Both the position numbers and the translations under genes were made by a program. Below are positions 44,974 through 55,144 of a stretch of 64,000 nt of DNA, piece by piece. The first letter of the stretch is position 1. Each line of letters begins with the position of its first letter. Below the pieces are notes generated by a model. The model worked only from the letters and a program-made list of their open reading frames with translations. It had not been told where the DNA came from and ran no database searches. The stretch is from an uncultured Acidobacteriota bacterium. Lineage in GTDB: Bacteria > Acidobacteriota > Vicinamibacteria > Vicinamibacterales > 2-12-FULL-66-21. The stretch spans positions 1,199,104 to 1,263,103 of the forward strand of contig CAVRYD010000011.1 in assembly GCA_963725335.1 (NCBI GenBank), in the 5' to 3' direction.

Positions 44974-45010
44974 AAAGGGAGAAGGGAAAAGCTTTTCCCT
45001 TTCCCTTTCT
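44972..45010. terminator. Hairpin between convergent genes (bidirectional terminator candidate)
   Basis: AGAAAGGGAGAAGGGAAAAGCTTTTCCCTTTCCCTTTCT is a near-perfect palindrome. Confidence 0.6.
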
Positions 45011-45459
45011 TAGGGCGTTGCTGGCTTTCGGAGCGTCTGCACGTAGGCGACGACGGCCCAGATCTGTTCCTTCGACAAATCGTCCTTTTGTGCCGGCATC
45101 TTCGGCTTCTTGCGGCCGTTGAAGACCTTGAAGAAGACGACGCCGTCGGGATTCTTCGACGCGCGGTTCGCACGCGTCAGGTCCATGTCCTCCTGCGCGT
45201 CCGGATCGGCATCGGGACCGTCGCCTTTTCCGCTCGCGCCGTGGCACTGCTGGCACTTGTCCTTGAAGATCGACTTGCCGGTGGCCAGCAGCTTGGCGTC
45301 GACCGGGAGCGGATTCTTCGTCGTCTCGGCGTCCGGCGGCAGTGTCCAGCCGCCGCCTCCGGACTTGGCCTGCGGCTGCGCGGCCTGCCTGCGCTGCGAT
45401 CGCCGAGACCGTGCATCACTGACACACAGGAACACGATCGCAATCCACCGCCGATTCAT
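45010..45459 (-). CDS. Monoheme c-type cytochrome (frameshifted)
   Basis: Signal peptide; KNPLP; CQQCHG..GKGDGP; KMPA; QIWAVVAYVQTL. Confidence 0.87.
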   Translation of the reverse strand: MNRRWIAIVFLCVSDARSRRSQRRQAAQPQAKSGGGGWTLPPDAETTKNPLPVDAKLLATGKSIFKDKCQQCHGASGKGDGPDADPDAQEDMDLTRANRASKNPDGVVFFKVFNGRKKPKMPAQKDDLSKEQIWAVVAYVQTLRKPATP

Positions 45460-45533
45460 GAATGTTCTCTCCTGTCCTACCACCGTAGTGCTCCTTGCTG
45501 ACCCTCTCGAAGAAATGATACAGTTTTTTGGTG

Positions 45534-46396
45534 ATGAACGATCATCCGCTCGCCTATGAAGACGACGAGTTCCTGGACAGCACCGAGGCGCGGCCGATTC
45601 GGATCCTCGCCGAGTACCTCGATGCCGCTGCGCCGGTTCAAGGCGAACAACATCCAGGACACCGTCGTGTTCTTTGGCTCCGCCCGTGTGCTCAGCCGAA
45701 CGCTCGCCCAGCGCAATCTGCTCACGGCTGGAAAAGACGACCATCCGCGACAGGGCCGACTACAAAGCGGCGCTCAAGCGCAGCCGGAAGGCGCTCGAAT
45801 GGTCGCGGTATTACGAAGATGCGCGCGAGCTGGCGAAGCGGTTGACCGAGTGGAGCCTGTCGCTCGAAGCGCAGCGGCACCGGTTCGTGGTGTGCTCCGG
45901 CGGCGGGCCCGGGATCATGGAGGCGGCCAACCGCGGCGCGAAGAGGCAGGCGGCAAGTCCGTGGGACTGAACATCCGTCTGCCGTTCGAGCAGGCGCCCA
46001 ACCGGTACATCACGAGAGATCTCGTCTTCAAGTTCCACTACTTCTTCATGCGGAAGTTCTGGTTCGCGTACCTTGCGAAGGCGCTGGTGATTTTTCCCGG
46101 GCGGCTTCGGCACCTCGACGAGATGTTCGAGATCCTGACGCTTGCGCAGACCCGCAAGCTCTCGAAGAAGCTGCTGGTCGTCCTCTACGGCAGCGACTAC
46201 TGGAACGAGGTGTTCCGGCTGGAGCCGCTGGCGGAGTGGGGCGCCATCAACGAAGAAGATCTCAGCCTGCTGTGCCGGGTCGACTCGGTCGACGAGGCAT
46301 TCGATGAATTGCAGCGACATCTGGTCAAACATCACATCGTTCCGCAGACGCCGCAGGAGAACGAAGGCGCCCGGCATCGCGAAGACGCGCGGTTAG
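45534..46396 (+). CDS. LOG family protein (Rossmann fold, TIGR00730-like), frameshifted
   Basis: VFFGSAR; SGGGPGIMEAANRGA; LPFEQ; YFFMRKFWF; FPGGFG. Confidence 0.87.
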
Positions 46397-46405
46397 GAGG
46401 ATTCA

Positions 46406-46893
46406 GTGCTTGCCGAGGAACGACAAGAAACTGATCGAGCAGTACCGTGCTGGATACGCAGCCGTCGCGGATGCGCTGCTGAAGGTCACGCCCGAGGAAC
46501 TCGACTTCAAGCCGGATCCGGCAAGTGGTCGGTTCGCGAGATCGTGCATCATCTGGCCGACAGTGAAATGACGGCGGCGGTGCGTCTGCGGCTGCTGATC
46601 GCCGAGGATCGTCCGACGATCCACGGCTACGATCAGGACGAGTTCGCGCGGCGGCTCTACTACGATCGACCGCACGAGGCGTCGCTGGAGCTGTTCCGGC
46701 TTTGCGCGATTGTCAACCGCCGAAATCCTCGACCGGCTGACGCCCGCCGAATGGGTGCGCGAAGGCACGCACACGGAGGCCGGTCCATACGGCGTCGAGG
46801 CGTGGCTGCAAGACGTACGCCGAACACGCGCACAAGCATGCCCGGCAGATACGGATCGCCCGGGACGCGGCGATCAAGAAGAAAGAATCGTAG
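46406..46893 (+). CDS. DinB family protein (frameshifted)
   Basis: KWSVREIVHHLADSE; YDQDEF; HAHKHARQI. Confidence 0.8.
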
Positions 46894-46914
46894 ACTCCTG
46901 AGTTGGAAGGCGGA

Positions 46915-48109
46915 TTAGTAGAGCAGATACTTCTCGCGCAGTCGCCGAAAGGCGTCTTCGTCGGCCTTCCAGCTCATCACGAGCGCTCCGACATCGCCGC
47001 CGGAGTCGACGATCGTGCGAAGGCGATCGGACCCGAACAGGATGTCGATCGGCTGCTTGTCGTGTTCGTACTCATACGGAGGCTCGCGCCAGGCGAAGCG
47101 GCCCGGGTCCTGCGCGCGGAACTCGGCAATCAGTTCGACGGCCGTCCGCACGGGCGCGGAAGCGTTCGGCGATCGAGCACGTGCATCTGGCAGCCGCCGC
47201 ACGTCTGCCTCGCGTGCTTCTGGAAGGTCGGCTCGAAGAATGCCGGACGGAAGTGAACGCCTGGCAGATGCCGCGCGTTCATCGCGTCGGCGAGCCGCTC
47301 GCCGTCGATCCACGGCGCGCCAATGAGCTCGAAGGGCCGTGTGGTGCCGCGCCCTTCCGAGAGCCGGGTGCCTTCGAACAGCACCGCGCCGGGATACACG
47401 ATCGCGCTGTCCAGCGTCGGCAGGTTGGGCGACGGCATCACCCACGGCACGCCGGTTTCGTCGTAATACATCGACCTGCGCCACCCGGCGAGCGGAACGA
47501 CATCGAGCGAGCAATTGATGCCGAACTGCTCGTTGAACAGGCGCGCCAGCTCGCCGATCGTCATCCCATGGCGCAGCGGAATCGGGAACTGACCCGACGA
47601 ACGAGGCGAACGCCGGATCGAGCCGGCTGCCCTCGACATCTTCGCCGCCGATCGGGATTCGGCCGATCGCAGACGACCACCGGCACGCCATGCCGCGCCG
47701 CGGCGCGCATGCAGTTGGCCATCGTGTAGATGTACGTGTAGACCCGCGTGCCGACGTCCTGCAGGTCCACGACCAGGACGTCGATGTCGCGCAGCATGTC
47801 GGCGGTGGGCTCGCGCGTCTCGCTATACAGCGAATAGACCGGCACACGCCGGCGCGCGTCGCGCGCGTGCGGCGTCTCGATCATGTTGTCCTGGAGATCC
47901 GAGCGGAACCCGTGCTGCGGCCCGAACAGCGCGGCCACCGAGACGTCCGGATCCTCGACGAGCCGATCCGCTGTGTGACGGAGCGAGGCATCAACGGAGG
48001 CCGGATTGCAGACCACTCCCACACGGCGCCCGGCCACGAGCGGACGATCGACCTCGAGTAGCCGCTCGATGCCAAGCCCGACGGCGGTTGACACGGAAGC
48101 ACTGGGCAT
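46915..48109 (-). CDS. namZ: DUF1343 exo-beta-N-acetylmuramidase NamZ family (frameshifted)
   Basis: LFGPQHG; YSLY; [12 protein letters not shown]; DRPNP; RHGMTIGE; PSPNLP; [11 protein letters not shown]. Confidence 0.85.
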
Positions 48110-48116
48110 GCGCCGA

Positions 48117-48683
48117 TTATAGTCCGGAGGGTGACCGCCGGCGGCCTGCCACGAGCTCGCTGGCGATGAAGGCGGCGCGCAATGCATCACCGTAGGTGTT
48201 GCAGCGGAACTGGTACACCTGCTCACGTCCGATCTTCACCAGCACGAGGTCACGGTCAATGTGACGTGCGTCGGCAATCGTGTGCCACGCCGCCACGACG
48301 CCGTTTGCACCGCCCACGAAAATAGCTCGCCGGTTCGTGAACAGGAGGCGACCGGAAGGCTGACCGGGTTCTTCAGGCATGCAGGCTGGGGCGGAATAAT
48401 GGCAGGGCTCACCTCGCACGACGCGATGCCCCGTGTCCACCCTGGGTAATCCCGCGGCACGGACCGAGTTCGAGAGTTCCTCCCGCTCGCGTAGCCCTTG
48501 AAGCATCTCGCGTTCGATTTCGATCTCGTCCTCGGGCAATCCGAATGTGTCCAACTCGTCGCCGAGGCGCGCGATCGCGCCATTCTCGGGCGAAGCCGCC
48601 ACCTGTGACCAGCCCTCACGCCAGCGCCGCAGCCGCGGATCTTCGGCGTTCGTACGCCCCTTCCACCAGTCAAGTAGCCCCAT
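48117..48683 (-). CDS. Hypothetical protein with a PH-like C-terminal domain
   Basis: Intact ORF; GRLLFTNRRAIFVG resembles bacterial PH-domain motifs. Confidence 0.6.
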   Translation of the reverse strand: MGLLDWWKGRTNAEDPRLRRWREGWSQVAASPENGAIARLGDELDTFGLPEDEIEIEREMLQGLREREELSNSVRAAGLPRVDTGHRVVRGEPCHYSAPACMPEEPGQPSGRLLFTNRRAIFVGGANGVVAAWHTIADARHIDRDLVLVKIGREQVYQFRCNTYGDALRAAFIASELVAGRRRSPSGL

Positions 48684-48895
48684 CCACCCCCTGCGGGTCG
48701 CTGCATCGTCCGTCCGGAATCCGGACTCGATCGCTCGTTGTCGAGTTTCTTTGTCGTTCGAGCGGCATGTCAAGCCATACGGCATAAGGCCCGATATCGA
48801 CGTCCGAAACAGATCTGAAGGCGACGATTCTCGCGCGCCTCGGGAAATACCGCCAGTAGTAGGACGCCGTCCGGCGCGGGCGATATGATCGCTCC

Positions 48896-49369
48896 GTGGC
48901 CGACTGCGTGATCTTCATCGGACTCCCGGCGTCCGGAAAAACCACGTTTTACCAGCGTCGGTTCGCTGGAACGCACGATCACATCAGCAAAGATCTTTGG
49001 CCGAGCACGTCCAACAAAGACCGGCGGCAAACCGATGCCATCCGCCGCGCACTCGCGGAGCATCGCTCTATCGTCGTCGACAATACGAATCCGGCGGCGG
49101 TGGATCGCGCGCCGATCATTACGCTCGCCCGCGAATACGGGGCGCGCGTGATCGGGTATTACTTCACGGCAACCACCCGGGAGGCCGTGGGCCGGAACCG
49201 CGGCCGCGAAGGGAAGGCGCGCGTGCCCGACGTGGCGATCTTCACGAGGGCGAAGCAAATGGTCCGGCCAACAAGCGGCGAGGGATTCGACGAGCTGTAC
49301 ACGGTCTCGATCGATCCCGGTGGGGACTTCAATGTCCAGCCGATGATCGTTCCGCTTCTGGAGTCTTGA
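48896..49369 (+). CDS. AAA_33 family P-loop kinase (PNK-like)
   Basis: IGLPASGKTTFY; SIVVDNTN; RNRGR; EGFDELY. Confidence 0.85.
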   Translation: MADCVIFIGLPASGKTTFYQRRFAGTHDHISKDLWPSTSNKDRRQTDAIRRALAEHRSIVVDNTNPAAVDRAPIITLAREYGARVIGYYFTATTREAVGRNRGREGKARVPDVAIFTRAKQMVRPTSGEGFDELYTVSIDPGGDFNVQPMIVPLLES

Positions 49370-51343
49370 GCGGCGAGCGCGACGAGGCCACGACGGCAAA
49401 CGCCGTGTCGCTGGATTCGTCGGCGACCCGGCGGAGCAGCGATGCGCTTCGCATGAACGCGTCGACGACGGCCGGATCGAAGTGCGTGCCCTCGCCGTTG
49501 GCGATCAACTCGACCGCCCGGTCGTGCGGCAGTGGGCCTCGATAGCATCGAGGTGTGGTCAGCGCATCGTACACATCCACGATTGCCATCACCCGTCCGG
49601 GGATCGGGATCTGCTCTCCCTTGAGGCCGCATGGATAGCCGCCCCCGTCCCATCGTTCGTGATGCGTGTAGACGATGTCCTTCGCCATCGCCAGGATCTC
49701 GTCGTCGCCCGCCCCGGCTCGCTTCTGAGCGGTCGTGATGACTTTGAGGCCGTAGACGGGGTGTTTCTTCATCTCTCTGAATTCTTCGTCCGTGAGCGCC
49801 CCGGGTTTGTTCAACAGCTGATCCGGTACGCCCACCTTGCCGATGTCGTGGAGCGGCGCGAGCGTCGAGAGTAAATCGATCTGCGGCGGCGTCAGGGTAC
49901 TCGCGGAAGCGCGGGTGCTCACGAAGCTGCAGGGCCAGCAGCCGGCTGTACTGCTGCGTCCGGCGTGAGTGATTGCCGGTTTCGGCATCCCGGATTTCCG
50001 TCAGCGAGAGCAGCGACTGCACCATCATGCGGTGCGCGGCATCGCTTTCAACCGCCGCGGACTGCGCGCGGTGACGCTCGTGTGCGAGCTTCGCAATGGT
50101 GGTGGCGAGCAGCGACGCGGTGAGCCCGATCGCCGGAAGGACCGGCGAGAAGTACATGTCCCTTTGCCGACATTATCCATCCCGAGCCGCGCCACGCGGC
50201 CACGAGCAGGATCAGTCCCGCGGCGCTGCCCCATGACAGACCGAACCTCACCACCAGCATCGTTGCCGCAATCGCGAGTCCGAGAACCGCGGTCATCTCG
50301 ACGAGCACAGCGTTGGGGGGACGCGAGATGAAATCCCGGCGCAGCAGATTGTCGATGACCGTGGCCTGAACTTCGACGCCGGGGAAGACGGTGTCGAACG
50401 GAGTCGACACGCCGTCCCGGGTACCAAGGGCTGTTGCGCCGACGACAACGATGGCGTCCTTCAACGCCGCCGCTGGCGCGCGTCCCTCCAGCACGTCGAC
50501 CGCAGTGACGTAGGGAAGCGCTCGGCTGCTGCCGCGGTACCGCAACAGCAGATTGCTGCGGCCGTCGAGCGGAACCTCGCCCGAATCCAGGACCAGAGAC
50601 GCCGCATTGACGTTCTGGACGCGCAGGACAACCGGCCGGGCCGGTGTCGCCGCCATGACTGCTGCCAGGCCGAGTCCCGGATACATCCGACCCTCGTGCT
50701 CAATCAGCAGCGGCAGACGACGGAGCATGCCGTCTGCGTCGGGTACGGCGTTCAGAAACCCGGATCCGTCAGCAGCCCTCGCGAGGATCGGCAGCGTGCA
50801 AACCGCGCCGGTCGCGTGGAATGCTGGCACATCGATGCTGGTTCCTCCACTCTGAAGGACTGGCAACGTCAACGGATGAAGCACGCAGTCGCTGGTTGGG
50901 GCCTTCGCGCCGTTGAAGGTGAAGGCATATCCAACAACGACATGTCCCTGCCGCAGCGCATCAGCAAGGGCAGCATCGGTGCCGGCCGGCCGCTGAGGAT
51001 CGGCGCGCTCGAACCGGTCGGTTTCCGGAAAGACGACATCGAGCGCGATTACGCGGGCCCCGAGGTCGCGCAGCCCGGTGACCAGCTGAGCGATCACGTC
51101 GCGGCTCCACGGCCACTGTCCGACGGCCGCGAGGCTGCGTTCGTCGATGTCTACGATCGCCACGCGGCTGGCATCGGTCGGCTTCGGGAGCGATCGCAGC
51201 AGGCCGTCGTAGACGCGGCGGTCGAGCGGGGTGAAGAGGGAGGGGCTGAAAACCGCGAGAGCAACGGTCAGCAGAGCAGGAGCCACCCCGCACAGCAGGA
51301 CGAGCCGTCGGCCGGCGACGCGGTCAGTCCGTTCTTTCTCCAC
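49329..51343 (-). CDS. CHASE2 sensor plus HD-GYP cyclic-dinucleotide phosphodiesterase (frameshifted)
   Basis: IVDIDERSL..GQWPWSR; PGVEVQA; transmembrane helices; ETGNHSRR; LHDIGK; HHERWDGGGYP; DVYDAL. Confidence 0.9.
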
Positions 51344-51443
51344 GGCAAGGTCTTCTCGATGACCCGGGATACAGATGGGTCACGAGATTCCCTACCATAC
51401 TCCGGTTGGGGTGGGGAAATGAAACGGGCGGCGTTGGTGCCGA

Positions 51444-54308
51444 TCAGAAGTCGAAGCGAACGCCCCACTGAAACTGGCGGGCGTCGCGCGCGACGGACCG
51501 CTGCAGGAACGCCGCCGAATTAATGTTTGACCCCGCATTGGGCGGGCTACCGAGCGGTGGCCTCAGGTTCGAATGATTGGCTAGATTGAACCCCTCGACG
51601 AGCAGTTCAAGGCGGCTGCGGCCGATGGCGAGACTCTTCGACACACGCATGTCGAGCGAGCTGAACAGGTCGAGCTTCAAGAGCGACGCGTCGATCGGCT
51701 GCAGGTGGAGATTCGTACGAAAGACGCCCGCAAGGCGTTGATCGCGGCGAGCGGACTCGGCGACGCGGCTCCGTCCGACCGTAATCGGAATATCTCGCGG
51801 GCAGATCGCCGAGGGAAATCGTGTCTCTATCGAGATCCGACTCCGGCCTGAACTTTCATCGGAGCGTCCGCTCGCGACCTTGACGATGCCGCCGATCTGG
51901 ACGTCCCAGGGCAACACGAATGTACCGGCGACCGCCAGAGCATGGCGCTGATCGGAAGGGTTGAATCCGCGCTCGTGGGGTGTCCGCTGCGTGCCTCTCG
52001 TCGACAGAAAGAAGTCGACACCGTCGAGGTAGCTGCGCGAGAGCGCGTAGGCAACGTTCACGGAGTGACGGCGGCCCACGCGCATTCGAAACTGAGACTC
52101 GAGGGCGTCGTACCAGCTGTCACTGTAGTTCTCGAGTGCGAGGACCTGGCCGAACTGAGCCACCGGTCGTGGCTGAGCATTCACGCCGGTGATCGGGCCG
52201 CTTGGCGGGAGATTCCGATCGGTGAAACCGGTCTGGTGCGTGGCCGCCGAGTGCACGTAGTTAACGTCCAGCGCAGTTGTTTGTGACATCTGCCAGGCGA
52301 TGCCCGCTGTCGTGTTGACCGCGTACGGCTGTACGAAATCATCAGGAATCAGCGTCCCTATCTGACGCGGTCCCTCGCAGGTATAAGAACCGTCCGGTTT
52401 CTGCGCACCGAGCACGGCGGCGATATCCGGAAAGAATCTCAGGCAGGCCGAATTCGTGATGCGAATCGTCCGGCTCGCGATCTGGTTCATGGCCCGCAGC
52501 TGAAACCACGGCCGATTCCGCGTCACGTACATGCCCCATCCACCCTTGACGATCAGCTGTCCATTGCCGCGGGCATCCCAGGTGAGCCCCAGTCTGGGCT
52601 GGAGATTATTCGTGTCGGTTCCCCGATCGTCGCCGATGAAATGTTCGAGGCCAGCCATGGTGGGATCGCGAAAAAGGCTGGCATAGTAGTCGTTCAAGCG
52701 CAGATTCAGGTCCACGTCGTAACGAACGCCGGCATTCAGGAACCATCGTGATCCGAGTCGCCAGTCGTCCTGTACGAACATGCCCAGCTCGCGCGAACGA
52801 TAGTTGACGATGCTCGCACTCTGGATCGTGAACACCGTCGGCCAGGTGTTGGAGGCGGAAGCCGCCGGGTCGAACGGCAGATCGGTCTGGAAGTTGAACA
52901 CGCCATTCTCGAGAGCGTGCGAGTCGTTGTCGTGTGTCGTGTAGGCGAATTCTCCCCCGAGTTTGATTTCATGGTGCGCCGTGTGGAGGTAGATCTCGTC
53001 GGTCGCCACGACTCTCGTGCGCGACAGGATTTGCGAGTCGTTATTGGTCTGTCCGATCGTGCCGGACGGACGGATGATGCCGACGTCCGAAGTTCTTGGC
53101 GTCGTGCCGAGACTGTGATTCAAGAGGTATAGCCGGAATCCATTGGCGACCTGCTCCCGCGGCGTCCAGACGTGCTCGACGGTCGTGCGCCAGGAGCGAT
53201 TGCGAGTGTCGACCTGACTCGAGTCCGACGTCGGGGCGAGAAGTGACCGCAGCGACTGCTGGAAATCAAATCCGTAGCGCAGCGACAGCGTCTGCGCTGC
53301 GCCGAGCCGATGGTCCAGTCGTGCGGCCACGGTGCGGTTGTCGGACGCAGCCGGAAAGACACCATTCTCGGTTGCCGCAAGAGGGTTGCTCGCCGGCAGC
53401 GCGATGAGCCGGACATTGTCGACGTTATCGCCCTCGAATGCTGCGAAGAAGTGGCTGCGATCGCGTACCAGCGGTCCGCCGATTGTGGCGCCGACCCGTT
53501 GTTCGTCAAAGGGCAGAATCTGTGAAGCCATGGGATTGCGCGCGTTCAGCGTGCTGTCGCGACCGAAATAAAACCCGCGGCCGCTGAGCTGATTCGTCCC
53601 GGAACGAGTGACAACCGTGACCACCGCATTCAGTGCATGTCCGTATTGGGCATCGAACTGGCTTCGATAGACCTTGAATTCCTGCACCGAGTCCTGTCCG
53701 ATGTTCATCGTCGGACTGCCCCACTGCGCGTCGTCGATATCGCCGCCGTCGACGATCGTTGTATAACCGCTGCGCTGATCGGCGGGACCGCCAAATCGCG
53801 TAATGGCAAATCGCGTGACGGTCCCGTTGACCGGTCCCGATCCGGGCAGAAGCTGCGCGAGCGTCAGGAAATTGCGGTCGAGGATCGGCAGCGCATCCAC
53901 CTGCACCTTCGTGATGACCGACGATGGCTGGGATCGTGTGACTTCGACGAGAGGGCTCTCCGCTGTGACCGACACCCGATCCGTGACGCTCGCCAGGGAG
54001 AGCGTGAAGTTCACGGTCGCGTCCGCATCGACAAGGAGTGTGACGCGGCGCGTCATCGTGGTGAACCCGCCATGCGCCGCAGTGATCTCGTACTCGCCCG
54101 GGATCAAGCCGATTGCGCGATAGGTCCCTGTGGCGCCCGTCTTCAACGGCTGTTTGCGCCCGTTCTGCACGTGCGTGATCGTCACGGCGGCACCCTCGAG
54201 CGAGGCGCCGGATGAATCATTGACGACACCGGTCATGCTGCTTCCGAGAGCCTGACCGTTGCCTACCGCGGGAACCGCCAGGAGGGTGACGATCAGAAGC
54301 GTTTTCAT
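51444..54308 (-). CDS. TonB-dependent receptor (Oar-like)
   Basis: Signal peptide; GVVNDSSG; LPILDRNF; FVQDDWR..LNAGVRYD; C-terminal RQFQWGVRFDF. Confidence 0.9.
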   Translation of the reverse strand: MKTLLIVTLLAVPAVGNGQALGSSMTGVVNDSSGASLEGAAVTITHVQNGRKQPLKTGATGTYRAIGLIPGEYEITAAHGGFTTMTRRVTLLVDADATVNFTLSLASVTDRVSVTAESPLVEVTRSQPSSVITKVQVDALPILDRNFLTLAQLLPGSGPVNGTVTRFAITRFGGPADQRSGYTTIVDGGDIDDAQWGSPTMNIGQDSVQEFKVYRSQFDAQYGHALNAVVTVVTRSGTNQLSGRGFYFGRDSTLNARNPMASQILPFDEQRVGATIGGPLVRDRSHFFAAFEGDNVDNVRLIALPASNPLAATENGVFPAASDNRTVAARLDHRLGAAQTLSLRYGFDFQQSLRSLLAPTSDSSQVDTRNRSWRTTVEHVWTPREQVANGFRLYLLNHSLGTTPRTSDVGIIRPSGTIGQTNNDSQILSRTRVVATDEIYLHTAHHEIKLGGEFAYTTHDNDSHALENGVFNFQTDLPFDPAASASNTWPTVFTIQSASIVNYRSRELGMFVQDDWRLGSRWFLNAGVRYDVDLNLRLNDYYASLFRDPTMAGLEHFIGDDRGTDTNNLQPRLGLTWDARGNGQLIVKGGWGMYVTRNRPWFQLRAMNQIASRTIRITNSACLRFFPDIAAVLGAQKPDGSYTCEGPRQIGTLIPDDFVQPYAVNTTAGIAWQMSQTTALDVNYVHSAATHQTGFTDRNLPPSGPITGVNAQPRPVAQFGQVLALENYSDSWYDALESQFRMRVGRRHSVNVAYALSRSYLDGVDFFLSTRGTQRTPHERGFNPSDQRHALAVAGTFVLPWDVQIGGIVKVASGRSDESSGRSRISIETRFPSAICPRDIPITVGRSRVAESARRDQRLAGVFRTNLHLQPIDASLLKLDLFSSLDMRVSKSLAIGRSRLELLVEGFNLANHSNLRPPLGSPPNAGSNINSAAFLQRSVARDARQFQWGVRFDF

Positions 54309-54406
54309 GCCTTGACCTCGCCAGTCTTGAACGCGCGGGAGGCGCCAGAATAGATCCATTATTCCTTCCCGAACAGGGTGAAGGCGGACGCCCACTGGTC
54401 GGCGCT

Positions 54407-54463
54407 AATATAGGGGCACTTCCGAAGCAGTTCTTCGGAAACTCGTGGGAATTTCATGGGTAT
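54407..54463 (-). promoter_or_regulatory. 11-bp phased direct repeats plus -10-like TATATT upstream of the TBDR
   Basis: On the minus strand: CCCATGAA, CCCACGAG and CCGAAGAA at an 11-bp period, 18 nt, then TATATT. Also an inverted repeat TTCCGAAG-N5-CTTCGGAA (54420-54440). Confidence 0.6.
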
Positions 54464-54475
54464 TGGCTAACCGCC

Positions 54476-55138
54476 GTGAAACTTCGTTTAGGCGAGCTGA
54501 CGTTCGACGGGGAGTCCCGTCAACTCCTGCGCGGCGTCGAGGAGGTCCATCTCTCTCCAAAGGCCTTTGAGCTCCTGAAGATTTTGATCGAGCAGCGTCC
54601 GCGGGCGCTCTCGAAGCAGGAGCTGCACGAGCGGCTTTGGCCGGATACGTTCGTTTCGGAGGTCAACCTGGCGAGCCTGATTGCCGAAATCCGTGCGGCC
54701 CTTGGCGACACGGCGAGCGAACCTACCTTCATCCGAACCGCCCGCCGATTCGGCTATGCGTTCAGCGGCGACGGCGTGGAGGCTGCCGATACCCGCGCGA
54801 TCGATGCCGCGACGAGCTTCTGCTGGCTTATCAGGGATGGACGCCGCGTTCCGCTGCGGCTCGGTGAAAACATCCTCGGACGGGATCTGGACGACGGGGT
54901 CAGGATCGATTCACCGACCGTGTCGCGACGTCATGCCCGCATCGTCATCTCAGATGGAGAAGCGGTCCTCGAGGATCTTCAAAGCAAGAACGGAACCTTC
55001 GTCGGAGAGCAACCCGTGTCCGGAACGATTCGCTTGAAGGATGGTGACGAGATTCGCACAGGTTCTGTAATCGTCCGGTTTCGGATGACCTCGCGCAAGG
55101 GGCCCACGGCCACGTGGCATGGTCCGGGTGACGAGTAG
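54476..55138 (+). CDS. OmpR/PhoB-type winged-helix plus FHA domain regulator
   Basis: LSPKAFELL..W..TFVSEVNL..IRAALGD..FIRTARRFGYAF; FHA motifs LGRD, VSRRHA, SKNGT. Confidence 0.9.
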   Translation: MKLRLGELTFDGESRQLLRGVEEVHLSPKAFELLKILIEQRPRALSKQELHERLWPDTFVSEVNLASLIAEIRAALGDTASEPTFIRTARRFGYAFSGDGVEAADTRAIDAATSFCWLIRDGRRVPLRLGENILGRDLDDGVRIDSPTVSRRHARIVISDGEAVLEDLQSKNGTFVGEQPVSGTIRLKDGDEIRTGSVIVRFRMTSRKGPTATWHGPGDE

Positions 55139-55144
55139 ACGCCG